Shown: positions 1 through 7,470 of the stretch, one piece after another
Layout of the letters: each line of letters starts with the position of its first letter
Numbering within the stretch: the stretch's first letter is position 1
From: Candidatus Undinarchaeota archaeon
Lineage (GTDB): Archaea; SpSt-1190
Length of the DNA stretch: 14,286 bases
Assembly (NCBI GenBank): GCA_964449215.1
Contig: CAYVAH010000020.1
Location: forward strand, 1-14,286
Direction of reading: 5' to 3'
Made by a program: the position numbers and the translations under genes
The notes under the pieces: model-generated
Told to the model about the DNA's origin: nothing
What the model saw: the letters and a program-made list of their open reading frames with translations, nothing else
Database searches by the model: none

Positions 1-1
1 G

Positions 2-2593
2 GGAGGCGGAGGAGACAAGAACTGCTGCATAAACAGCCAGGAATTCTGGTGCAACGAGAGCACGGGCGTTGACAGGCTCTGCTACGGCGGGCTCGTCTAT
101 CCGTGCGACTACTGGTGTGACGTCTTTGGCCAGGTGGGCACATATACCTGCACTCCCGAAGCCGATGGGGACTGCACCTCCTCGACAACCTGCAGCGGAG
201 ATGAATGTGAGTGCTACAAGAGTGAAGGGACGTCGTGCACCTGGGACTCCGAATGTGCCGAAAACAACTGTGAGAGCTACACCAAGGAGACCCCGGCGGA
301 CCCAAGCCTCGGGAACATGTCGGGAAGCCTGATCGGGAAGGTCTGCTGCCCCGTGGGTCACTGCGCCTTTGACCGGGATAATGATGGCACGGTGGACTCC
401 TGCGCCGTGAACACCAGCGGGTCAATTGACGCTGACAGGGATAATGACCTGGACTACTGCTATGATGGAACCTGGAAGGAATGTCCGGACTACATAGCAG
501 AAAACCAGAAGGCCAGCGATTGTAGCTGCCTCGGGAATGGAATAGCTGTCAACAAGAGCGGGACATGGGTCTGCAGAAAACCACCTGTGAATCTCAACTA
601 TGACACCGACATTTCTTGCGGGACCCTTTGCGATTCGGACTCTGACCTCACGAATACTGAGCTGATTGATGCGAGCGGGAACTGTCATGTCTTTGAAACG
701 GCCTGCTCAAATGTGATGCCCGAATCCTGGTGGGAAGGGAACAGCTCCCTGATAGTAGGGCATGTCATGACTAACTGCCCATGCGGTGAAGCGGCGAGCT
801 GCAACATATCCGTCGAGAGCAACGGGCAAAGGGCGGCAAAGGAATTCTCCGCCCCGAGTGGGCAGAGCACAACCGTCACTCTGTTTCCGAACTTCGCTTA
901 CGGGGAGAACAACGTGTCAATAGCCTGCTCATGCTCAATGCTCGGAACGGTTTGCTGGGACAAGAGCCCCGCCACGGTAAGCAGCTCCGCCTCTATTCCG
1001 GCAACGGAGTGCGTGGCCGGCAAATCCTGCGACCTCAAACTAAACGTGTCGAATGTTGGAGGCGTTGATACCACAACAAGGGCATACCTGCAAGCCACTA
1101 GGGGCTTGCAGCAGCACATGAACTCCAGCAGTTATCTCGTGCAGGGGGGCACTTACCACGTGTTCAGCTACACCGACACCTACGCCTGCTCCTGGTATAA
1201 CGCAACCTGGCTCACCGGGAAGGCATCGGTACCCGTTGATTACGTTGGAACCGTGGAGCTCACGGACCTGTCCTATAATTACACCACCAACCGCACGGGA
1301 GAACTGAAGCAATGCGAGAGCGCGGCGGACTGCACCCTGTGTTGCTCAGGCTACTGGTGGTGCTGGGCCAACTCCTCGCAGTCCTCTGACTTCACCTGCT
1401 CTGGAGGTGTCTGCTGCCCGGCTGGGGAGCATTTCCAGAAGGGTGCGTGCTGTCTGTCCTCCGAAAGGTGCTGCCTGGTGGATGGCGACTGCAACACGGG
1501 AGAGTGGTGCGACAACTACACCACAGGCTTCCCGGAGGGGAATTTCTTCTGCAGGGAAAAGAAGGAACTCGGATATTCCTGCCAGCAGGACAGGGAGTGT
1601 GACTCCGGCTACTGTGGTGATGGCATATGCGCCGACCCCGAGCCGGTAACACTGAGCGAGTGGTTCGAGTGCAAGCCCTACCAGAGCAACTCCTTCTGCT
1701 CATATCAAAGTGTGAGCGGGGCGTACAACCTCGATCCCAAGGGCTGCAACTCAGACAGTGATTGTGGAAGCGGTTATTACTGTTACCTGCCGAGGCACGC
1801 CTGCCTCGAGTGTGCAACACCCAACACAATCTATGGAGAATTGAACGTGAGCGATGATGGACTCTGCCCGAGCACCTCCTGCATAGGGCATGACCTGGAC
1901 TGCTGCTCCACCGACAGCGACTGCTCCTCTGCGGAGTGGTGTGACGCCTCCGCATCCTGCACAGCCTGCTCGACCCGCAGCGACGGTGTGTGCTCCTCCC
2001 CGGCATGCATAGGAACGGACCCGGACTGCTGCTCCAGCTCCGGTGACTGTGGGGAGGGTCTCAGCTGTGTCTCCAACACCTGCACGGGGAATGTCGGGCA
2101 GGCCTGCAGCGGCGACGGGCAGTGCACAGGGGGACTCAAGTGCCTTGGGGGCGTATGTGCCAAGCAGAGCTTCATCGCGCTCAGCCCGGAAGGAAGCTAT
2201 GAAGCGGACCTCGGCGAAATACTAAAGCTCACGCTCATAGTAAGTGACCCACAGAACCAGCAGGACAGATACAAGGTGGAAGTTGACCCGGGTTATGTGC
2301 CTGATTCTGCCTTCGTGAGGATAGATGGCGAAAGGGAAGAGGAGTTTGAAATGGGCAAGGGCGAGGTCAGGAAGTTCCTCGTAACCGTAGCTGCTGCCAA
2401 GGTTCCAAGCATCAACACAGTGATTCACGTTAGCAGCATGACAAACTCCTACATCCACGACAATGCCAGCATAAGTGTTCAGGTCACACCCGTGACCACC
2501 GCAAACGTGCCCTCCGCCCCCGTGGGTGCCTGGCTCCCGGTGCTCATTCTCGGGTATATAATTGGTATGGTACTCACAGGTAAAAACTTATAA
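2..2593 (+). CDS. Large cysteine-rich, C-terminally membrane-anchored cell-surface glycoprotein (5'-truncated by window edge)
   Basis: The frame of ORF 134..2593 stays open back to position 2 (GGGGDKNCCINSQEFWCNES...), so the true start is outside the window. About 80 Cys in ~860 visible aa, with many CxxDxDC-type modules, DxDxD(G) motifs and N-x-S/T sequons. Two Cys-poor beta-rich segments look Ig/CARDB-like. The C-terminus is hydrophobic (VGAWLPVLILGYIIGMVL) followed by TGKNL-stop. Confidence 0.85.
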   Translation, partial: GGGGDKNCCINSQEFWCNESTGVDRLCYGGLVYPCDYWCDVFGQVGTYTCTPEADGDCTSSTTCSGDECECYKSEGTSCTWDSECAENNCESYTKETPADPSLGNMSGSLIGKVCCPVGHCAFDRDNDGTVDSCAVNTSGSIDADRDNDLDYCYDGTWKECPDYIAENQKASDCSCLGNGIAVNKSGTWVCRKPPVNLNYDTDISCGTLCDSDSDLTNTELIDASGNCHVFETACSNVMPESWWEGNSSLIVGHVMTNCPCGEAASCNISVESNGQRAAKEFSAPSGQSTTVTLFPNFAYGENNVSIACSCSMLGTVCWDKSPATVSSSASIPATECVAGKSCDLKLNVSNVGGVDTTTRAYLQATRGLQQHMNSSSYLVQGGTYHVFSYTDTYACSWYNATWLTGKASVPVDYVGTVELTDLSYNYTTNRTGELKQCESAADCTLCCSGYWWCWANSSQSSDFTCSGGVCCPAGEHFQKGACCLSSERCCLVDGDCNTGEWCDNYTTGFPEGNFFCREKKELGYSCQQDRECDSGYCGDGICADPEPVTLSEWFECKPYQSNSFCSYQSVSGAYNLDPKGCNSDSDCGSGYYCYLPRHACLECATPNTIYGELNVSDDGLCPSTSCIGHDLDCCSTDSDCSSAEWCDASASCTACSTRSDGVCSSPACIGTDPDCCSSSGDCGEGLSCVSNTCTGNVGQACSGDGQCTGGLKCLGGVCAKQSFIALSPEGSYEADLGEILKLTLIVSDPQNQQDRYKVEVDPGYVPDSAFVRIDGEREEEFEMGKGEVRKFLVTVAAAKVPSINTVIHVSSMTNSYIHDNASISVQVTPVTTANVPSAPVGAWLPVLILGYIIGMVLTGKNL
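2583..2593 (+). promoter_or_regulatory. Putative BRE/TATA for the 2615 gene, overlapping the upstream stop codon
   Basis: AAAAACTTATAA-like element ending at 2593, 21 nt before the ATG at 2615. Confidence 0.55.
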
Positions 2594-2614
2594 TCTGACA
2601 CCTCTCTTTTGGGC

Positions 2615-2971
2615 ATGGGTATAGTACGAAAAATACTCGGGGATGAAAAACCAACAAAGGAGGACCTCCTCACCATAAAGGACAATGTCGAAGAGGAGAT
2701 TGCCGAGGAACAGAAAAAACAGGAGGAGCTCAAGTCGGAGGACCTGGTCCCGAAGGGCATAGAAATGTTCGTGAGGCTCTCCGACTACAACAAAATTGTG
2801 TCACAGCTGAAACGCCTTGACACCGTCATAGACCGGATTGAGGAGATAGAGCGCATGCACACCGAACTCCAGGACATCCACGACAAGTTCACCGAACATC
2901 TCGAGACCACACTCACAGAGATGGAAGAAATCCGCGAGGAGCTCAGTTCCAAGCTCGGTCCTATGAAGTAA
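2615..2971 (+). CDS. Small acidic coiled-coil hypothetical protein with N-terminal amphipathic helix (118 aa)
   Basis: ATG 2615 is preferred over TTG 2609 given the TATA spacing. Starts MGIVRKILG, then an E/K-rich linker, then MFVRLSDYNKIV and a heptad-patterned helix to the end. Confidence 0.8.
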   Translation: MGIVRKILGDEKPTKEDLLTIKDNVEEEIAEEQKKQEELKSEDLVPKGIEMFVRLSDYNKIVSQLKRLDTVIDRIEEIERMHTELQDIHDKFTEHLETTLTEMEEIREELSSKLGPMK

Positions 2972-2974
2972 GCC

Positions 2975-2983
2975 AATTTAAAC
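2975..2983 (+). promoter_or_regulatory. Putative TATA box for tyrS
   Basis: AATTTAAAC, with TTTAAA at 2977-2982, 20 nt before ATG 3003. Confidence 0.5.
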
Positions 2984-3002
2984 AACCAGGAATAGGGCTG
3001 TA

Positions 3003-4082
3003 ATGGACACAAAGGAGAGATCCCGGCTCATATTGAGGCCCCCTACTGAGGAGTTTCTGGTCCCGGGAGAGCTCAGGAAAAAACTGGAAGCAGGGGAAAA
3101 GCTCAGGCATTATATAGGGTATGAGATTTCCGGGCTTGTCCACCTTGGACAGCTTCTCACTGCCTTCAAGATGGCGGACCTTCAAAAGGCAGGGGTGGAA
3201 ACAAGCGTGCTCATGGCCGACTTCCACACAGTGATAAACAACAAGCTCGGCGGGGATGTGGAGTTCATCCGCAAGGTCGCCAAAAACTACTTCAAGAAAG
3301 CTATGGAAATAGGAATAGAGGCGGCTGGAGGAAACCCCAGAGCCACTGAGTTTGTGCTCGCCTCTGACATTTATAATCAGGACTACTGGGAAACCGTGAT
3401 TCAGGTGGGCAAGGAAACCACCCTTTCAAGGGCGTTGAGGAGCATCAGCATAATGGGGAGGGAAGAACGGGAAGGAGTTCCCACAGCCTGGGTGGTCTAC
3501 CCGCTAATGCAGGCCGCAGACATATTCCATCAGAACGTTAACATAGCCCATGCCGGGATGGACCAGCGAAAGGTGCATGTGATAGCCCGGGAGGTTGGCC
3601 CGAAGGTGGCCGGTTACAAGCCCATGGCCTTGCACAATCACATGCTGCTCGGACTCCACAAACCACCTGTGTGGCCCGTTCCGGAGAACAAGGAGGGGAA
3701 GTGGCAGGCTTTCAAGATGAGCAAATCCATTCGCGGGAGTGCCGTGTTTCTGACAGACTCCTCCGAGGAGATCCGGGAAAAGGTGAGGGCAGCCTTCTGC
3801 CCCTCCGGAGCCAACTACAACCCTATCCTGGACTGGGTAAAACATCTTGTTTTCGCACCTCAGCTCGAGGGCAGGCTGGAGGTCCGCAGGAGCGAGAAAT
3901 ACGGGGGAAACGTGGAATACCTGGGGTATGAGGAGCTCGAGAGGGACTTCCTCTCCGGCGGGCTGCACCCATCAGACCTGAAAAATGCACTCGGGGAGTT
4001 CCTGGTGGAACTGCTTGAACCTTTCAACAGGCTCAGGAACAGCCCGATAGTGGCAGAGCTCAAAGCCAGGGTCACGAGATAA
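3003..4082 (+). CDS. tyrS: Tyrosyl-tRNA synthetase (archaeal type)
   Basis: YIGYEISGLVHLGQ (HIGH-equivalent), ADFH..INNK, YPLMQAADI, AHAGMDQRKVH, KMSKS and LHPSDLK motifs; 359 aa. Confidence 0.96.
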   Translation: MDTKERSRLILRPPTEEFLVPGELRKKLEAGEKLRHYIGYEISGLVHLGQLLTAFKMADLQKAGVETSVLMADFHTVINNKLGGDVEFIRKVAKNYFKKAMEIGIEAAGGNPRATEFVLASDIYNQDYWETVIQVGKETTLSRALRSISIMGREEREGVPTAWVVYPLMQAADIFHQNVNIAHAGMDQRKVHVIAREVGPKVAGYKPMALHNHMLLGLHKPPVWPVPENKEGKWQAFKMSKSIRGSAVFLTDSSEEIREKVRAAFCPSGANYNPILDWVKHLVFAPQLEGRLEVRRSEKYGGNVEYLGYEELERDFLSGGLHPSDLKNALGEFLVELLEPFNRLRNSPIVAELKARVTR

Positions 4083-5193
4083 GCTCCAGCACGGAGAACA
4101 GGAAGAACATGGCATAGAACATCCCGGTAGCAACAGCGGAGAGTCTGGGAAAAGGCGTCTTTGGTTTAAGCTTTGGGAGTGCCTTGATGAAAGCGTATGA
4201 GACGGTCACCGTGAAAAGTGGGAGAGTGAGTTCGCCGGCGAGTCCCAGAATGTCCAGAAACCCGAAACCCAAGACACCAGACCAGGTGAAGACTGCCAGG
4301 GGAGGCAGCATCACAAAGAGTGTGGAGACCTGCCGGGACAGGCGGAAATCAAACTGGTAGATGTGCCGCATTCCCAGGCCTATACCCAGGAAGGACGTGA
4401 AAAGGGCAGTCACCGTGAAAAGCGAAATAATGAGGCTGTAAACACCACCATAGTGGAGAGCCAGCCCCTGCGTGCCCAGCTCCGTGGTCTCTGGACCCAG
4501 CACGCCGACGGTGGTGAAGGCGAAGCCCAGGTAAAGGGCGAGACAGAGGAAGGTGGATATGGCATAGACCCTGGGGACGCGACCCTTGGAAAGGAAGTTT
4601 ATCTCGGGCACCACGTTCAACCCGAAAAGGGCGAAAAGCATTGTTCCCGTAAACTTCAGCAGGTTCCCGGTGCTGTAAGGACCGAACTCAAAGCTGGAGA
4701 TGCCCATGACATTCACCAGGGAAAGGAGAACCAGGAACCCAACAAGGGCAGCGGCGAGGGGCAGGTCAACCCGCTCTATAATCTTCGTCCCGCGGAAAAT
4801 CAGGTACCCGCACAGGGCAAAAAGCAAAAGCCCCCCGTAGAACACGGGAAGCCCCACAAGGGTGTTCAGCTGGGAACCAAACCCTATAAGGTAGGCGGAA
4901 AGCGCTCCATACATGGAAAATATCAGTGTCAGGTAGATGAAGTACTTCCACTTTTCCCCGAGTATGCTGGAAATCAATGCGGGAAGCTGCACTGGTTTTT
5001 TTTCCCCCTGGAGCATGTCCGAAAGCATCATGGCAGACAGGAGAATGAAAAAGGCCACCAAAAACCCCACCAATGCACCCACAGGACCCGCAAGGTAGAG
5101 GGCCCTTGGAAGACCGAGGACACCGGCACCTATCGTCGTGGAAATCGCGAGGGCAATCGCACCAAGCATGGAAAAACGGCACGGGACGGGCAT
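4072..5193 (-). CDS. Amino acid permease, aromatic amino acid (TyrP/Mtr-like, APC superfamily) type
   Basis: N-terminal TTIGAGVLGLP signature, YGALSAYLIG, LFALFGLNVVPE and TSFLGIG motifs, and roughly 11 hydrophobic segments. Alternative start ATG 5169. The 3' end overlaps tyrS convergently by 11 nt. Confidence 0.88.
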   Translation of the reverse strand: MPVPCRFSMLGAIALAISTTIGAGVLGLPRALYLAGPVGALVGFLVAFFILLSAMMLSDMLQGEKKPVQLPALISSILGEKWKYFIYLTLIFSMYGALSAYLIGFGSQLNTLVGLPVFYGGLLLFALCGYLIFRGTKIIERVDLPLAAALVGFLVLLSLVNVMGISSFEFGPYSTGNLLKFTGTMLFALFGLNVVPEINFLSKGRVPRVYAISTFLCLALYLGFAFTTVGVLGPETTELGTQGLALHYGGVYSLIISLFTVTALFTSFLGIGLGMRHIYQFDFRLSRQVSTLFVMLPPLAVFTWSGVLGFGFLDILGLAGELTLPLFTVTVSYAFIKALPKLKPKTPFPRLSAVATGMFYAMFFLFSVLELIS

Positions 5194-5213
5194 TTATGCT
5201 ATATGTTATTACT

Positions 5214-5227
5214 GAAAAGTATATAAA
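5214..5227. promoter_or_regulatory. Putative shared (bidirectional) TATA box between the divergent permease and metallopeptidase-like genes
   Basis: GAAAAGTATATAAA on +, reading TTTATATA on -. It is 21 nt from GTG 5249 and 26 nt from ATG 5193. Confidence 0.55.
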
Positions 5228-5248
5228 GGATAAACTCCCTTTTCCCGT

Positions 5249-5917
5249 GTGGACCCGGTACTGGAAAGGCTCTACAGGTATGGGGAACCCCTGAAAAACT
5301 TCATCGAGGGGTTGTATATAGTCCCGAAATACATACCGGAATCCTATGTTTCGGCATCCTGCACCCGGGGAAGCAATGAAATAAACCTGAGCATGGCACC
5401 CGGGCAGCGGGTGTTCTCCAACCGGGACGGCACGGTGACCTGGTTCCCCGACGCCGGGAATCCTGAGATTGAAAGGGACCTGAAAAGATACACTGGAATG
5501 AAGCTCCCGGATGCAATCTCAAAGGCAAAAAAGGAACTGGAAGAAGCAGGGTCAGAAAGGTCGCGGGTGATGGCAGAGCGGACCCTGAGGGACCTCTACC
5601 ACGAGCTCGCCCATAAGGTAATGGGATATATGATTCCAGAGATAGACCCCGTCAGGGAAGAAGGGTGTGCAATCCTGCTGGAAAACTTCTGGTTCGCCTA
5701 CTCCGAACTTGGATCGGAAAAGGCCGCCATTGAAAAGGCAAAGAACTACATAATCACCGAGCTGGGGAAGTTGAGGAAAGCTCCCAGAAAAACGGAGGAA
5801 CAACGGAGATTCTACAGGGACAAATTCTCACATCTCCAGAGAGCCATAGAGGCCTACGCCAGGCTTGAGGAGGGAACAAGCCCTGAAGAGCTTATTTTCG
5901 GTGGTTGTTACCACTAA
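5249..5917 (+). CDS. Hypothetical protein with zincin/gluzincin-like metallopeptidase motif
   Basis: 222-aa ORF with GTG start filling the gap downstream of a TATA box. HELAH at 5600-5614 is followed by EEGCA at 5657-5671. No signal peptide or TM segment is evident. Confidence 0.7.
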   Translation: MDPVLERLYRYGEPLKNFIEGLYIVPKYIPESYVSASCTRGSNEINLSMAPGQRVFSNRDGTVTWFPDAGNPEIERDLKRYTGMKLPDAISKAKKELEEAGSERSRVMAERTLRDLYHELAHKVMGYMIPEIDPVREEGCAILLENFWFAYSELGSEKAAIEKAKNYIITELGKLRKAPRKTEEQRRFYRDKFSHLQRAIEAYARLEEGTSPEELIFGGCYH

Positions 5918-5947
5918 ATAATTTAAAGGGACTCGACAGGGGAATGC

Positions 5948-6139
5948 ATGTCATACAACAGGGAAGAAGAGAGCTACGAGCTCCCTGGAAAGAAGCTCAC
6001 CATAGGGGAAATGGAAGAGCTCTATGCAAGAGATGGCAGGGTTATTCTGGACCCAAAAAAGGTCCACTATGGCGGCGGCCCCTTCGGCTGTGCGGCTTTT
6101 CCGGTGGCTGTGAAAGTCAAGAAGCTAACCGAGGACTGA
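5948..6139 (+). CDS. Small hypothetical protein (63 aa)
   Basis: ATG lies 20 nt after TTTAAA (5922-5927), the same spacing as tyrS. Composition is protein-like, and it fills the gap up to the convergent acdA stop (15-nt overlap). Confidence 0.6.
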   Translation: MSYNREEESYELPGKKLTIGEMEELYARDGRVILDPKKVHYGGGPFGCAAFPVAVKVKKLTED

Positions 6140-7441
6140 AAGCACTCCCGCGGCTTTTTCCGGAGAGGAAACCAGGGGAAGCTCTTCCACCAGGGAGTTT
6201 ATGCCACTGGCATAGGCCCCGGGGGGAGAGACCACAACTATGGGCTTGTCGCCCTTCGAGAAGCCGCGGAGAATATCAACTATCCCGGAGTTCAGGCGGG
6301 GGAGCTGCATCAGGAAAATTGCAACTATGGCATCAACCCCTTTGTCGCGGGACAGAACCTGCAGGGCGGTGGCAAACATCTCGGGAGTGGCATCACCAGT
6401 CAGGTCCACGGGGTTCTCCACTGAAACCCTCTTCGGGAACTTCTTTGCGAGCTCCTTCTTTGTGGCTCCACTGAGTTCAGCCATCACCATCCCCTTGGCC
6501 TCAATGGCGTCACTGGCCATCACACCAAAACCACCCCCACAGGTAACAACGGCCACCGAGTGCACGTCCCGCTTCCACATGCTCCTGGCCTTCAGGGAAA
6601 GCAGGAATTCCTCGGGATCCCTGGCCATCCCCCAGTCGAGCTGGCGGCAGATTCCACGAAAGACCTGATAGTCCCCGGCAAGTGCCCCCGTGTGGCTCCG
6701 GGCAGCCCTGACCCCCGCAGTGGTTTTTCCCGCCTTCAGCACTATCACTGGCTTCCCGCCCTCGCGAGCAACTTCGAGCAACCTGCGACCGTCCTTCAAC
6801 CCCTCCACATAGAAGCCTATAACTTCAGTCTCCTTGTCCCTGAGAAAATAGTCAAGTATCTCGTAGTCCGAAACATCAAGCTGGTTGCCATAGCTGGCAA
6901 CCTTCGCGACACCCAAGTTTATGGTGCTCGCCCAGTCAAGCACCGATGCGACCGTCGCCCCGGACTGGCTGAGTATGCTGACCTTACCCCTGGGGGGTAT
7001 TGGAAGCCTCGACAGGGGGAGGAAGGTCGCATTGAAGCTGGCGTGCGTGTTCATCACCCCGAGGCAGTTCGGGCCCCAGAGGCGGATACCGTGCTCGCTG
7101 GACACCTTCAACAAAGCCTCATCAAGTTCGCTCCTTCCCGATTCACCGAATCCCCCCGAAACCACAAGAGCCGCCTTGAGCCTGTCAGCCACCTGCTCGA
7201 GAGTCCCAGGCACAGCAGGTGCAGGAATCACAAACACACCCAAGTCCGCCTTCGGCACGTCCTCCGGGGAGTAACACTTCAAGCAATCAATTTCCTCCGC
7301 ATTCGGGTTCACGGGATACACCCTGCCCCCAAAACCACCATAGATAAGATTCCGGAGAAGAACCCGCCCGGGCTTCTCCAGGGTCCTGCTCGCCCCAAAG
7401 ACCGCCACACTCTTCGGCTTGAAAAACACGTCCAGCTCCAC
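6125..7441 (-). CDS. acdA: Acetate--CoA ligase (ADP-forming) alpha subunit / acyl-CoA synthetase (NDP-forming)
   Basis: FFKPKSVAVFGAS CoA-binding start, YPVNP, GPNCLG, SQSGA, GNQLD, KAGKT.AG.RAARSHTGALAG (phospho-His loop) and NPVDLTGDA; 438 aa with no fused ATP-grasp beta domain. GTG start, with TTTTATAT 19 nt upstream (7468-7461). Confidence 0.9.
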   Translation of the reverse strand: MELDVFFKPKSVAVFGASRTLEKPGRVLLRNLIYGGFGGRVYPVNPNAEEIDCLKCYSPEDVPKADLGVFVIPAPAVPGTLEQVADRLKAALVVSGGFGESGRSELDEALLKVSSEHGIRLWGPNCLGVMNTHASFNATFLPLSRLPIPPRGKVSILSQSGATVASVLDWASTINLGVAKVASYGNQLDVSDYEILDYFLRDKETEVIGFYVEGLKDGRRLLEVAREGGKPVIVLKAGKTTAGVRAARSHTGALAGDYQVFRGICRQLDWGMARDPEEFLLSLKARSMWKRDVHSVAVVTCGGGFGVMASDAIEAKGMVMAELSGATKKELAKKFPKRVSVENPVDLTGDATPEMFATALQVLSRDKGVDAIVAIFLMQLPRLNSGIVDILRGFSKGDKPIVVVSPPGAYASGINSLVEELPLVSSPEKAAGVLSVLG

Positions 7442-7470
7442 CCAAAAAGACAGGCGGGAGATATAAAACT

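Noticed and set aside
4363..5226. 287-aa + strand ORF
   Set aside because: It is the antisense shadow of the hydrophobic permease gene, giving the expected Q/H/K/E-rich composition.
5905..6474. 189-aa + strand ORF
   Set aside because: It has a TTG start inside the previous gene, an R/P/G-rich low-information sequence, and a 350-nt overlap with acdA. The 63-aa ORF in another frame fits the promoter better.
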